The translations under genes and the position numbers were made by a program. From the NCBI GenBank assembly GCA_963770375.1, contig CAVYPM010000008.1, positions 93,999-157,998 on the forward strand: a stretch of 64,000 nucleotides of DNA, read 5' to 3'. This stretch comes from an uncultured Actinomycetes bacterium. Its GTDB lineage: Bacteria; Actinomycetota; Actinomycetes; Streptosporangiales; Streptosporangiaceae. The notes under the pieces are model-generated. The model saw only the letters and a program-made list of their open reading frames with translations. It was not told where the DNA came from and did not search any database. Position 1 is the first letter of the stretch. Each line of letters opens with the position of its first letter. This document shows positions 21,006 through 31,331 of the stretch, piece after piece.

Positions 21006-23074
21006 GAGATCCTGCCGGCCGGCCCATCATCAGGCTTACGGTCCGACATCGAGGCGCCGCTGCCGCCCACCGAGCCGGTCCCGCCGATGGCCGGGGGCTC
21101 GGCGCCGGACCCGTAGCCCTGGCCGTTGCCGGCCGCGGGCAGCGCGGTGCCGTCCGCCCCGGCCAGTGCCATCTCCTTGGGCGTCAGCACCGGCGGCCGG
21201 TCCGACGGCAGCCGCTTGCCGGTCCCGGTGTACGAGCCGCGGGACACCCGCTCGCGGATCGGGCTGAAGATCTCGAGTACCTGGTCCCGGGTCAGCGTCT
21301 CGTGCTCTATCAGCTGCAGGACCAGGTTGTCGAGCACGTCCCGGTACTGGACCAGGATCTCCCAGGCCTCGTCGTGCGCCGCCTCGATCAGCTTGCGGAC
21401 CTCTTCGTCGATCGCCGAGGCGATCTCCTCGGAGTAGTCCCGGCTGTGCGACATCTCCCGGCCGAGGAACGGCTCGCCGTCGTTGTTGCCGAACTTCCTG
21501 GCCCCGAGCCGCTCGCTCATGCCGTACTCGGTGACCATGCCGCGGGCGATCTGGCTGGCCTTCTCGATGTCGTTGGCCGCACCCGTGGTCGGCTCGTGGA
21601 AGACCAGCTCCTCGGCGGTCCGCCCGCCCAGCAGCATGGCCAGCTGGTCCATCATCTCGACCCGGCTGACCAGGAACTTGTCCTCGGTCGGCGCGGACGC
21701 GGTGTAGCCGAGCGCCCGGCCGCGCGGGATGATCGTGATCTTGTGCACCGGGTCGGCGTTCGGCAGCGCGTGCCCGACCAGCGCGTGACCGCCCTCGTGG
21801 TAGGCGATGATCTTCCGCTCTTTCTCGGACAGCAGCACGCTCTTGCGCTTGGGCCCGGCGGTGACCCGGTCGATGGCCTCTTCCAGCGAGGCCATCGCGA
21901 TCTGGGTCTGGTTCCCGCGGGCGGTCAGCAGCGCGCCCTCGTTGATCACGTTGGCCAGGTCCGCGCCGGTGAACCCGGGGGTGCGCCGGGCGATCATGTC
22001 CAGGTCCACGTCCGGGCCCATCGGCTTGCCGCGGGCGTGCACCTTCAGGATCCCGCGCCGGCCGTTCAGGTCCGGCTGGGCCACCACGATCTGCCGGTCG
22101 AACCGGCCGGGCCGCAGCAGCGCCGGGTCCAGGATGTCCGGCCGGTTGGTGGCCGCGATCACGATCACGCCGCCCTTGGTGTCGAACCCGTCCAGCTCGA
22201 CCAGCAGCTGGTTCAGGGTCTGCTCGCGCTCGTCGTGGCCGCCGCCGAAGCCGGCCCCGCGGTGCCGGCCGACCGCGTCGATCTCGTCCACGAACACGAT
22301 GGCCGGGGCGTTGGCCTTGGCCTGCTCGAACAGGTCACGCACCCGGGAGGCGCCGACACCGACGAACATCTCCACGAAGTCCGAGCCGGAGATGGAGTAG
22401 AACGGCACGCCCGCCTCGCCGGCCACGGCCCGGGCCAGAAGGGTCTTGCCGGTACCGGGCGGGCCGTACAGCAGCACGCCCTTGGGGATCTTCGCGCCGA
22501 TGGCCTGGAACTTGCCCGGGCTCTGCAGGAACTCCTTGATCTCCTGGAGCTCCTCGATGGCCTCGTCGGTCCCGGCCACGTCGCCGAACGTGGTCTTCGG
22601 GGTGTCCTTGGTGATCAGCTTGGCCTTCGACTTGCCGAAGTTCATCACCCGCGAGCCGCCGCCCTGCATCTGGTTCAGCAGGAACAGGAAGATCAGGATG
22701 ACCAGCAGGAACGGCAGCCAGCCGATGATCAGGGCGAGCAGCGAGCTGCCCTTGGGCACCTCGACGGTGTAGCCCTCGGGCAGGTGGCCCTTCTTGTACT
22801 CGTCCTGCAGCAGCTGGGCCAGCGCGGTGCCCTGGTTCTGCACCCAGGAGGCCTGCAGCGGCGGGCCGCTGACCGGCGTGACCTGGATGGTCTGCTGGTT
22901 ATCGATGAGCAGCGCCGACTTGATCTTCCCCTGCTCGATCTGCGAGATGACGAACGAGGTGTCGGCCTGCTTGTAGGCCGTGCCCGAGCTGGCGTACTTG
23001 TAGACGAAGAAGAACAGCAGCAGGACAACAAGAACGGCGACAAACGGCCCGCGGAAGTAGCGCTTTAGATCCAT
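21002..23074 (-). CDS. ftsH: ATP-dependent zinc metalloprotease FtsH
   Basis: Two N-terminal TM helices, AAA+ Walker A (GPPGTGKT) and second region of homology, and the HEGGHAL zinc site. Confidence 0.95.
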   Translation of the reverse strand: MDLKRYFRGPFVAVLVVLLLFFFVYKYASSGTAYKQADTSFVISQIEQGKIKSALLIDNQQTIQVTPVSGPPLQASWVQNQGTALAQLLQDEYKKGHLPEGYTVEVPKGSSLLALIIGWLPFLLVILIFLFLLNQMQGGGSRVMNFGKSKAKLITKDTPKTTFGDVAGTDEAIEELQEIKEFLQSPGKFQAIGAKIPKGVLLYGPPGTGKTLLARAVAGEAGVPFYSISGSDFVEMFVGVGASRVRDLFEQAKANAPAIVFVDEIDAVGRHRGAGFGGGHDEREQTLNQLLVELDGFDTKGGVIVIAATNRPDILDPALLRPGRFDRQIVVAQPDLNGRRGILKVHARGKPMGPDVDLDMIARRTPGFTGADLANVINEGALLTARGNQTQIAMASLEEAIDRVTAGPKRKSVLLSEKERKIIAYHEGGHALVGHALPNADPVHKITIIPRGRALGYTASAPTEDKFLVSRVEMMDQLAMLLGGRTAEELVFHEPTTGAANDIEKASQIARGMVTEYGMSERLGARKFGNNDGEPFLGREMSHSRDYSEEIASAIDEEVRKLIEAAHDEAWEILVQYRDVLDNLVLQLIEHETLTRDQVLEIFSPIRERVSRGSYTGTGKRLPSDRPPVLTPKEMALAGADGTALPAAGNGQGYGSGAEPPAIGGTGSVGGSGASMSDRKPDDGPAGRIS

Positions 23075-23299
23075 CGAATGATCGGCCCGCTAGTCTCGGG
23101 GCCGGTCCCTCCTGACGAGCCTCGTGCCCGCCGGCTTCCGGCGGGAGTCCTTTGCGTCCCTCTGGTCATGCGCAGCTTCCCGATCCTCCGGCCGATGCGC
23201 AGGAATACCTGAAGGTACACCGGGCCGGCCCATGCCGCCTCCGGAGAGGCCAGCTCACGTGCGTACCTGCCCACGGGCAGGCGCTCACCTGGCACGCCT

Positions 23300-23887
23300 C
23301 TACCCCGGTGAACGTATTTCAGCGGCGGAAGTGTTCCCCCCGTACACATGCGGCGCGAGTGTCCCGATGAAGGGCAGGTTGCGGTAGCGCTGCGCGTAGT
23401 CCAGGCCGTAGCCCACGACGAACTCGTTGCCGATGTCGAACCCGGTGTAGGCGACGTGCACCTCGGTGCGCAGCGCGGCGGGCTTGCGCAGCATGGTGCA
23501 GATCTCCAGGGACGCCGGGTGCCGCGACTGCAGGTTGCCGACCAGCCAGGACAGGGTCAGCCCGGAGTCCACGATGTCCTCCACGACCAGCACGTGCTTG
23601 CCGGTGATGTCGGCGTCCAGGTCCTTCAGGATGCGGACCACGCCGGAGGACTTGGTGCCCGAGCCGTAGGAGGACACCGCCATCCAGTCCATCTGCACCG
23701 GCAGGTGCATGGCCCGGGCCAGATCGGCCATGACCATGACCGCGCCCTTCAGCACGCCGACCAGCAGCAGTTCGCGGTCAGCGTAATCGGCGTCGATCTG
23801 CGCGGCCAGCTCACGGATCCGCGTCTGCAGCTCATCGGCGGTGATCAGGACCTTGTCCAGGTCGCTGGCGAGGTCAGTCGCGTCCAC
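23300..23887 (-). CDS. hpt: Hypoxanthine-guanine phosphoribosyltransferase
   Basis: PRPP-binding motif [14 protein letters not shown]; GTG start at 23887 with GGAGGG 5 nt upstream (the ORF's earlier ATG lacks an RBS). Confidence 0.85.
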   Translation of the reverse strand: MDATDLASDLDKVLITADELQTRIRELAAQIDADYADRELLLVGVLKGAVMVMADLARAMHLPVQMDWMAVSSYGSGTKSSGVVRILKDLDADITGKHVLVVEDIVDSGLTLSWLVGNLQSRHPASLEICTMLRKPAALRTEVHVAYTGFDIGNEFVVGYGLDYAQRYRNLPFIGTLAPHVYGGNTSAAEIRSPG

Positions 23888-24910
23888 CCGCGCCCTCCGC
23901 GTTTGCTGTGCCGTCGGCCTGCTCCGCGCGAGCCGGCGCGGTGAACAGCAGCTTGCCATACCGCCGTGTGCCCCGGATCCCCCCGGGCAGGTCCGCCCAG
24001 CGCTGCCCGTGCCAGCCGGTGACCAGCCCGGCCAGGCTGGCCACGTGCCGGGCGGACAGCGCGCCGCGCGGGCAGCCCGCCTCCGCCGCGGCCTGGTGCA
24101 GCACCCGGGTCCTGATCGCCTCCGGCAGCGCGGCCAGCCCGGCGACGTCCAGCCCGCCGCCGGCGTCCCGCAGCCGGGCCAGTTCGGCGGCGGCCAGCGC
24201 GTCCAGGACCTCGGCGTCGGCGCGGAGCAGCTCCGCGGTGCGGGCCAGCGCCTCGGCGACGCCGGGACCGAGCGCCGCGGTCAGCGCGGGCAGCGCCTGG
24301 TGCCGGACCCGGACCCGGGTGTAGGCCGGGTCGGTGTTGTGCGGGTCGGCCCAGGCCGGCAGGCCCTCGGCGGCGCAGGCCGCGGCGGTGACCTCCCGCC
24401 GGACGCCGAGCAGCGGCCGCAGGTAACGGCCGGACACCGGGGCCATCCCGGCCAGCGACCGGGCCCCGGACCCGCGGGCCAGCCCGAGCAGCACGGTCTC
24501 GGCCTGGTCGTCGAGGGTGTGGCCGAGCAGCACGGCCACCGCGCCCAGCCGGCCCGCGGCGCCGTCGAGCGCGGCGTACCTGGCCGCGCGGGCGGCCGCC
24601 TCCGGGCCGCCGGGCCCGTCCGCGCTGACCGTTTCCGTCAGCACCGGGTCCAGGCCCAGGCCGGCCAGCGTGCGCGCGACCCGGGCGGCCTGCGCATCCG
24701 AGCCGGGCTGCAGCCCGTGGTCCACGGTGACCCCGCCGGCCGCGAGACCGGCCCGGGGTGCCTCGGCCGCCGTGGCGGCGGCCAGGGCCAGCGAGTCAGG
24801 ACCGCCCGAGCAAGCCACCAGCACCAGCGGCGGCCGGCCGGGCCCGCCAGCGTGGCCAGGGCCTTCCGGACGGCGAGCCGCACCTGGGCGACGGCCGGGT
24901 CGGGGCCCAT
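23874..24910 (-). CDS. tilS: tRNA(Ile)-lysidine synthetase TilS carrying a -1 frameshift near 24828-24845
   Basis: N-terminus [26 protein letters not shown] is in the frame of ORF 24638-24910. The PP-loop ([14 protein letters not shown]) and the rest of the protein are in the frame of ORF 23874-24824. The shift sits in the run ggcccggccggccgccgctgg. Confidence 0.8.
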
Positions 24911-24926
24911 CGGCAGCGGGCCCCGG

Positions 24927-26078
24927 TCAGCCGGCTTCGGCGTGCGCGGGACCGCCGCCGCCGTCGACCCGCTCCAGCCACAGCCCGGGGCTGGCGATCT
25001 CGGCCGCGGTCGGCAGCGATTCCGGCGAGTCCCAGACCTTGTTGAAGGTGGCCATGCCGGCCTGATCCACCACGGTGCGGACGAACCGGGAGCCCTGCTC
25101 GTACTGCTTCATCTTCAGGTCGATGCCGAGGATCCGGCGGATCGCCTGCTCCATCCGGCCCGCGCTGGTGCGCCGGTTGCTGAACCGCTCCCTGATCTGC
25201 GCCACGGACGGGACCACGGCCGGGCCGACCGCGTCCATCACGTAGTCGCCGTGCCCCTCGACCAGCGTCATCACCGAGGTGAGCCGCTCCAGGATGGCCC
25301 GCTGCCGCGGGTTCTGGATGGCCTCGATCAGGCTGTCCCCGTCGCCGCCGCGGACCGCCCCGGCCACCGCGTCCGCGGCGGACCGCAGCCGGTCCAGGAT
25401 CGACGCCGGATCCAGGTCGGAGGCCAGCAGGAACTCGGTCATCTGCTGCTGCACGAACGGGCGCAGCCAGGGCACCGCGGTGAACTGGGTGCGGTGGGTC
25501 TCCTCGTGCAGGCACACCCAGCGGCGGAAGTCGTGCGGGTTGACCCCGAGCTCGCGCTCCACCATCACGATGTTCGGCGCGACCAGGGTCAGCCGCCCGG
25601 CCGGCGCGGTGCTTTCCGGCTGGTCCGGGTCGGGCGGCAGGAACAGCTCGTACTGGCCGAGCACCCGGCTGGCCAGGTAGGCCAGGATGAGCCCGGCCTG
25701 CATCCCGGTGACCCGGGAGCCGACCGAGGTCAGCAGCCCGCCCTGGCCGCCCGGCGCGCGCTCGCGCATCCGCTCGGCGAGCGGGTCGAGCACGACCCGG
25801 AAGCCGTCCACGTTCGCGCGGATCCACCCGGGCCGGTCCACCACCGCGACCTTGCCGTCGTCGGCGAACGCCTCCATGCCGGTGACCTCGCGGACTGGGC
25901 CGGCTGCGGCGGCCGCCAGCTCGCGCAGCTCGGCCACCACCTTCCTGGCCTCGGACCGGCTGATCTCGGGGCCCGGCCGGACCCACCGGATACCGGTCGA
26001 GGTGGCCACGTCCCAGTCGATCATCTGCTGGCTGCTCACCCTCCCACCGTACGTCGCCGCGCGGGCCTGCGGCGCCAT
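24927..26078 (-). CDS. Zinc-dependent metalloprotease (HExxH; Rv3626c-like conserved hypothetical)
   Basis: VCLHEETHRTQF contains HExxH; 383 aa; position matches Rv3626c. Confidence 0.65.
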   Translation of the reverse strand: MAPQARAATYGGRVSSQQMIDWDVATSTGIRWVRPGPEISRSEARKVVAELRELAAAAAGPVREVTGMEAFADDGKVAVVDRPGWIRANVDGFRVVLDPLAERMRERAPGGQGGLLTSVGSRVTGMQAGLILAYLASRVLGQYELFLPPDPDQPESTAPAGRLTLVAPNIVMVERELGVNPHDFRRWVCLHEETHRTQFTAVPWLRPFVQQQMTEFLLASDLDPASILDRLRSAADAVAGAVRGGDGDSLIEAIQNPRQRAILERLTSVMTLVEGHGDYVMDAVGPAVVPSVAQIRERFSNRRTSAGRMEQAIRRILGIDLKMKQYEQGSRFVRTVVDQAGMATFNKVWDSPESLPTAAEIASPGLWLERVDGGGGPAHAEAG

Positions 26079-26081
26079 CCC

Positions 26082-27515
26082 TCAGTGGCAGCCGCAGCCC
26101 GCGAGCTTGGCGGCGAGCTGGTCGATGGCTGCGCCGGCCGCGTTCAGCTGGCCCTTGGGCACCTTGTCGGCCATGAACGCGAAGGCCAGCAGCTGGCCGT
26201 TGGCCGCGGTGGTGATCCCGGCCAGGGTGACGACCCGGCTCAGGTTGCCGGTCTTGGCCCGGACCACACCGCTGGCGGGCGCCCCGGGCGAGCCGAACAC
26301 GCTGCCGCCCGGCGCGAGCGTGCCGGTGAAGCCGGCCACCGGCAGCCCGGTGATGGCCGGCCGCAGCCCCGGCTGGCGGCCTGAAGCCGCCAGCGTGACC
26401 AGCTGGACCAGCGCCTGCGGGGTGATCAGGTCCTGCGGGGACAGCCCGCTGCCGTCGGTCAGCGTCAGGCCGGTCACGCCCAGCCGCCGGTCCGCGGCCA
26501 TCACCGCGGCCGCGGCGCCGCTGAACGTGGCGGGCCGGTGCGTGGCGATGGCCACCTGCCGGGCCAGGTCCTCCGCGATCACGTTGTTGCTCTCGATCAG
26601 CATCCACTGCACGATCTGCGCCACCGGCGGCGAGGCCACGCTGGCGATGGTGGCCGCACCGGGCCGCGCGGTAGCGGGCTCGGCCGGGCCCTGCACGGTG
26701 ATGCCGTCCCGGCTGAGGTAGCTGGCGAAGGCCGCCGCCGCGTCCGCCGCCGGGGTCAGCGAGCGGGGCCGGAAGTTGCCCGGGTCGTCGGCGTCCTGCG
26801 GCTGGCCGTCCGTGGTCAGCCGGCCCTGGTCCACCTCCAGCGCGGTGATGGCGGTGACGTTGCCGGTGCTGATGTAGCTCGGCGGCCAGCCGGGGCCGAG
26901 GTCCGGGCCGGAGAACAGCGAGGTGTCGTAGCCGACCTGGACCGAGCCGCGGTGCTGGGCGTGCAGCCGCCGGGCGGTGGCCGCGGCCAGCGCGGACAGC
27001 GACGCGGGGCGGGGGTAGCTGCCCGGCGGCGGCGGTCCCGCGGCCAGCGTCGGGTCGCCGCCGCCGACCAGCACGATCTGGCCCGGGCCGGATCCGCTCA
27101 CCACCGTGGTGCGCAGCTGCCTGCCGGGCCCGAGCACGGCCAGGCTGGCCACCGCGGTGGCCAGCTTCGCGGTGGAGGCCGGCGTAGCCGGGCGGGTAGA
27201 GCCGCTGTCCAGCAGCACCTGCCCGGTGTCCAGGCTGGTCACCAGCGCGGCGGGGTCCGGGCCGAGGGCGGGCAGGGCGAGCGTGCCGGACAGCGCAGCG
27301 GACAGCCCGCCGGGGGTGACCGGCGGGCCGGTCGGCGCGCTGGCCGGGCCGAGCACCACCGGGGCGCCGGTCACCGTGTGCGTGGCCACCGCCGGGATCT
27401 TCCACAGCGCCAGCCGCTGGGGCAGCAGCCTGGCCACCGCGGCGCCGGCCGCCAGCGTGAACGCAATCAGCAGGGCCAGGCACACCAGGGCCACCCGGCC
27501 GAGCCGGCTCGTCAC
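26082..27515 (-). CDS. dacB: D-alanyl-D-alanine carboxypeptidase/endopeptidase (PBP4 family, DacB)
   Basis: Signal/TM anchor, STAK active-site motif ([13 protein letters not shown]), S11/S13 family length of 477 aa; Rv3627c position. Confidence 0.8.
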   Translation of the reverse strand: MTSRLGRVALVCLALLIAFTLAAGAAVARLLPQRLALWKIPAVATHTVTGAPVVLGPASAPTGPPVTPGGLSAALSGTLALPALGPDPAALVTSLDTGQVLLDSGSTRPATPASTAKLATAVASLAVLGPGRQLRTTVVSGSGPGQIVLVGGGDPTLAAGPPPPGSYPRPASLSALAAATARRLHAQHRGSVQVGYDTSLFSGPDLGPGWPPSYISTGNVTAITALEVDQGRLTTDGQPQDADDPGNFRPRSLTPAADAAAAFASYLSRDGITVQGPAEPATARPGAATIASVASPPVAQIVQWMLIESNNVIAEDLARQVAIATHRPATFSGAAAAVMAADRRLGVTGLTLTDGSGLSPQDLITPQALVQLVTLAASGRQPGLRPAITGLPVAGFTGTLAPGGSVFGSPGAPASGVVRAKTGNLSRVVTLAGITTAANGQLLAFAFMADKVPKGQLNAAGAAIDQLAAKLAGCGCH

Positions 27516-27577
27516 CCGTCCGCCGTTCGCGAGATGCTGATCACCTGCCCCATTCCCGACCGGCCAGGGAGCGCAGC

Positions 27578-28063
27578 GTGGAGTTCGATGTCGTCATTGA
27601 GATCCCGAAGGGGACGCGGAACAAGTACGAGATGGACCATGAGACCGGGCGTATCAGGCTGGACCGGATGCTGTTCACGTCGACCCGCTACCCAGCCGAC
27701 TACGGGTTCGTCGAGGACACGCTAGCCGATGACGGGGACCCGCTGGACGCGCTGGTGATCCTGGAGGAGCCGACGTTCCCCGGCTGCCTGATCCACTGCC
27801 GGGCGATTGGCATGTTCCGGATGCGGGACGAGAAGGGCGCGGACGACAAGGTGCTGTGCGTCGCGTCCACCGACCCGCGGATGGCCCATCTGACCGACAT
27901 CAGCGACGTGCCGGCCTTCGACCGGCTGGAGATACAGCACTTCTTCACGGTGTACAAGGCGCTGGAGCCCGGCAAGGAGGTCGAGGCCGCCACCTGGGTC
28001 GACAAGGCCGCGGCCGAAGCCGAGATCCAGGCGTGCCGGGAGCGGCTGGCCGCGGCGGGCTAG
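27578..28063 (+). CDS. ppa: Inorganic pyrophosphatase
   Basis: [30 protein letters not shown]...DGDPLDALV, family I PPase signature. Confidence 0.95.
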   Translation: MEFDVVIEIPKGTRNKYEMDHETGRIRLDRMLFTSTRYPADYGFVEDTLADDGDPLDALVILEEPTFPGCLIHCRAIGMFRMRDEKGADDKVLCVASTDPRMAHLTDISDVPAFDRLEIQHFFTVYKALEPGKEVEAATWVDKAAAEAEIQACRERLAAAG

Positions 28064-28171
28064 CCGGCCGCCCGCCGGGCCCGGGGCCGTGCTGCGGTGC
28101 AGGCCGCAGGGCATGCGCGCCGCCCCGCGATGAGCGACACTGTGTGCAGGAAAGCAGGCGAGGAGGCAACC

Positions 28172-28855
28172 GTGGACCACGCGTTTGACGTGCTGCGGCG
28201 GTCCCCGCTGTTCGGGGCGCTGGATCCGGCCGACGCGGCGGCGCTCCAGGCCGGCATGGCGACGGTGGATATCGCGCGCGGCGAGGTGCTGTTCGCCGAG
28301 GGGGCCTCAGGCCACGAGCTTTACGTGATCATCGACGGCAAGATAAAGCTGACCCGGGCGGCCGCGGATGGCCGGGAGAACCTGCTGCAGGTACTCGGGC
28401 CCGGCGAGATGTTCGGCGAGCTGTCCATGTTCGACCCGCGGCCGCGCACCTCGAGTGCGGTGGCGGTAACCGACACCCGGCTCGGCTCGCTCGACCACGA
28501 TTTCCTGCGGCAGTGGCTGACCGCCCGCCCGGAGGTGGCCCTGCACCTGCTCCAGGCGCTGGCCCAGCGGCTGCGGCGGGCCAACGACGTGACCGCCGAC
28601 CTGGTCTTCACCGACGTGCCCGGCCGGGTCGCCAAGGCCCTGCTGGACCTGGCGGACCGGTTCGGCGAGCCGCAGGACCAGGGCCTCCAGGTGCATCACG
28701 ACCTCACTCAGGAGGAGCTGGCCCAGCTGGTCGGCGCGTCCAGGGAAACCGTGAACAAGGCACTGGCCGACTTCGCCGCCCGCGGCTGGCTCCAGCTGTC
28801 CGCCAAGTCGGTGCTGCTGCTCGAGCCGGAACGGCTCCGCAAGCGGTCCCGCTGA
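28172..28855 (+). CDS. crp: cAMP receptor protein (Crp/Fnr family regulator)
   Basis: Near-identical to M. tuberculosis CRP over cNMP-binding and HTH regions (GRENLLQVLGPGEMFGELSMFDPRPRTSSAVA...RETVNKALADFAARGW). GTG start at 28172 with AGGAGG 5 nt upstream. Confidence 0.9.
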   Translation: MDHAFDVLRRSPLFGALDPADAAALQAGMATVDIARGEVLFAEGASGHELYVIIDGKIKLTRAAADGRENLLQVLGPGEMFGELSMFDPRPRTSSAVAVTDTRLGSLDHDFLRQWLTARPEVALHLLQALAQRLRRANDVTADLVFTDVPGRVAKALLDLADRFGEPQDQGLQVHHDLTQEELAQLVGASRETVNKALADFAARGWLQLSAKSVLLLEPERLRKRSR

Positions 28856-29680
28856 GGGTCTGGCCTGCGCGTCGCCGGGCAGTTCGCCGAGCTCGGCCAG
28901 GTAGCCGAGCTGGGCCCGGACCGACATCTCCGCGGCGGGCCAGAGCACCCGGTGCACGTCCGCGTACACCCGCTCGACGATCTGCGCGGGGGTCCGGTCC
29001 CCGGCCGCCAGCGCGGCCCGCACCTCGGCCAGCCGCTCGGCCCGGTGCGCCAGGTAGTAGTCCAGGGCGCCGGCCGGGTCGGCGAGCAGCGGGCCGTGCC
29101 CGGGCAGCAGCACGCGCAGGTCCCGCTCGCCGGCCAGCTCCCGCAAGAGACGCAGCGAGTCCAGGTACGGGCCGAGCCGGCCGTCGTCGGCGATCACCGT
29201 GGTGCCGCGGCCCAGCACGGTGTCGCCGGTCAGCACCGCCTGGTCGGCCTCGACCAGCAGGCAGGCCGAGTCGGCGGTGTGCCCGGGCGTGCCGATCACC
29301 CGTACCTCGCAGCCGGCCGCGGTGAGCACGTCGCCGGGGGCCAGGCCGCCGTCGCCCAGCCGCTGGGCCGGGTCCAGGGCCAGCACCGGGGCGCCGGCCA
29401 GCTCGGCCAGCCGCCGCGCCCCCTCGGAATGGTCCAGGTGCCCGTGGGTCAGCACGATCTGGCTGATCCGCTGGCCCGCGGCGGTCGCGGCGCCGTGCAC
29501 CCGGCGCAGGTGCCCCTCGTCGTCCGGGCCGGGGTCGACCACGATCGCGGTGGCCGAGCCGGGCTCGGCGATCAGCCAGGTGTTGGTGCCGTCCAGGGTC
29601 ATCGGGGACGGGTTGGGCGCCAGCAGGCAGCGGACCCGGTCGGTGCCGGAGCCGTCGATCCGCGGGTCCGGACCGGTCAT
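28856..29680 (-). CDS. MBL-fold metallo-hydrolase (Rv3677c-like); 3' end uncertain
   Basis: THGHLDHSEGA (HxHxDH zinc motif)...GHTADS...LPGHG. The reading frame has no stop until 28307, deep inside crp on the opposite strand, so either the true C-terminus is lost to an indel or the gene overlaps crp convergently. Confidence 0.55.
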
Positions 29681-30546
29681 ATCGGCTGCTCCTCACCGTT
29701 CAGATGCAGCTTGGGCCCCTGGCTGGTGAGCGTGACCTCGGGCCGCATGGGGGTGATCTGGCGGCGGGCGCCGAGCACCCCGTCCACCGTGCCGCACACG
29801 TCGAGCTCGCCCAGCGTGATCCGGGTCGGCAGCATCAGGAAGATCTCCCGGCGCTGGCCCGCGGCGATCGCGTCGGCGGGCCGGACCCAGGCCACCCCGG
29901 CGGCCTCGCCGCCCACGTCCCTGGTCCGCTGGCCGGGCGGCAGCGCCGCGGCGAAGAACCGGGTGTCGTAGCGGCGCCGCTCGAGTTCCGGGGTGATCCA
30001 CCGGGACCACGGCCGGAGCAGGTCGCTGCGCAGCATCAGCCCGCGCCGGGTGAGCAGGCCGGCCAGCGACTGGGACCGGTCGAGCAGCGCGTGCCGGTCG
30101 GCCTCCCAGTCCTCCGCCGTGGTGTCCGCGACGACCTCGTCCGGGGACGGCCCGGCCAGCAGCACCCCCGATTCCTCGAACGTCTCCCTGACCGCGGCGC
30201 AGACCAGGGCCCGGGCCGGGCCCGGCGGCACGCCGAGCAGGCGGCCCCACTCGGCCGCGTCCGGGCCGGTCCAGGCCAGGTCCGCCTCCGCGTCCCGGGG
30301 GTCGACCGAGCCGCCGGGGAAGACATAGGCCCCGGGCGCGAACTTCATCGAGGACTGCCGCTTGAGCATGTAGACCTCGAAGCCACCGCCGGCGGGCTGG
30401 CCGGCCCCGCCCGCGGGACGCACCAGCATCACGGTGGCCGCGTCCCTGGGCACGGCCGGCTCGGCCCGGCCCTCCATCACCTCTTTGGCGTGCCCGGCCA
30501 GCTCCCGCAGGAACGGGGCCGCCTGGTCCTCCTCGCCCGCTGCCAC
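29677..30546 (-). CDS. NUDIX hydrolase
   Basis: Nudix box FPGGSVDPRD...AAVRETFEESGVLL. Confidence 0.65.
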   Translation of the reverse strand: MAAGEEDQAAPFLRELAGHAKEVMEGRAEPAVPRDAATVMLVRPAGGAGQPAGGGFEVYMLKRQSSMKFAPGAYVFPGGSVDPRDAEADLAWTGPDAAEWGRLLGVPPGPARALVCAAVRETFEESGVLLAGPSPDEVVADTTAEDWEADRHALLDRSQSLAGLLTRRGLMLRSDLLRPWSRWITPELERRRYDTRFFAAALPPGQRTRDVGGEAAGVAWVRPADAIAAGQRREIFLMLPTRITLGELDVCGTVDGVLGARRQITPMRPEVTLTSQGPKLHLNGEEQPI

Positions 30547-30604
30547 CTTTTGACCCTCCGGTTCCGCGGCCCGCCGGCCCGTGCTGGCTGGCTAGTGCGG
30601 ACGG

Positions 30605-31078
30605 CTAGCCGTCCACCTCGGCGATCAGCTCGACCTCCACCGGGGTGTCCAGTGGCAGCACGGCCACGCCGACCGCGCTGCGGGCGTGCTTGCCGTTCTC
30701 GCCGAACACGTCCTGGAGCAGCTCGCTGGCGCCGTTGACGACCAGCGGCTGGCCGGTGAAGTCCGGCGCGCTGGCCACGAAGCCGAGGACCTTCACGATC
30801 CGCTTGATCCGGGACAGCCCGCCGGCCACGTCCGCGGCGGCGGCCAGCGCGTTCAGCGCGCACAGCCGGGCCAGCCTGGCGGCGTCCTCCGGGCTGACCC
30901 CGGCGCCGACCTTGCCGGTGCCCTGCAGCTTGCCGTCCACGATCGGAAGCTGGCCGGAGACGTAGACGTAGTTGCCTGTCCGCAGCGCGGGCACGTAGGC
31001 CGCGGCGGGCGGGGTGACCGGCGGCAGGGACAGGCCCAGCGCGGCCAGCCGCTCCTCGGGGGATCCGGGGGCGCTCAT
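30605..31078 (-). CDS. ridA: RidA/YjgF family reactive-intermediate deaminase
   Basis: YVYVSGQLPI...GASELLQDVFGENGKHARSAVGVAVLPLDTPVEVELIAEV. Start at the internal ATG (MSAPGS...), which gives an ATGA overlap with the upstream small ORF. Confidence 0.8.
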   Translation of the reverse strand: MSAPGSPEERLAALGLSLPPVTPPAAAYVPALRTGNYVYVSGQLPIVDGKLQGTGKVGAGVSPEDAARLARLCALNALAAAADVAGGLSRIKRIVKVLGFVASAPDFTGQPLVVNGASELLQDVFGENGKHARSAVGVAVLPLDTPVEVELIAEVDG

Positions 31079-31230
31079 GCCGAGGGCCGCTTCAGGTAGG
31101 CGACCAGCTGCTCCGCGCCCGGCCCGGGGATCACGGTGACCAGCTCCCAGCCGTTTTCCCCCCAGGTGTCCAGGATCTGCTTGGTCGCATGCACCAGCAA
31201 CGGCACCGTCGCGTACTCCCATTTCTGCAT
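31075..31230 (-). CDS. Small conserved protein (51 aa; DUF4177 / Rv3678A-like), absent from the ORF track
   Basis: MQKWEYATVPLLVHATKQILDTWGENGWELVTVIPGPGAEQLVAYLKRPSA*; its stop overlaps the ridA start (ATGA). Confidence 0.5.
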   Translation of the reverse strand: MQKWEYATVPLLVHATKQILDTWGENGWELVTVIPGPGAEQLVAYLKRPSA

Positions 31231-31331
31231 GAGCAGACTCTAGCGGGGCCGGCCTGGGCGTCCCCGGGCAGCGCCGGGTGCGCCTGCTCGCCCGTGCTTC
31301 TAGTCGCCCGTGCTTCTAGTCGCCCGTGCTT

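Noticed and set aside
28704-29696. 330-aa minus-strand ORF overlapping the MBL hydrolase in another frame
   Set aside because: Gly/Arg/Pro-rich junk translation. The HxHxDH-containing frame (28307-29680) is the real one.
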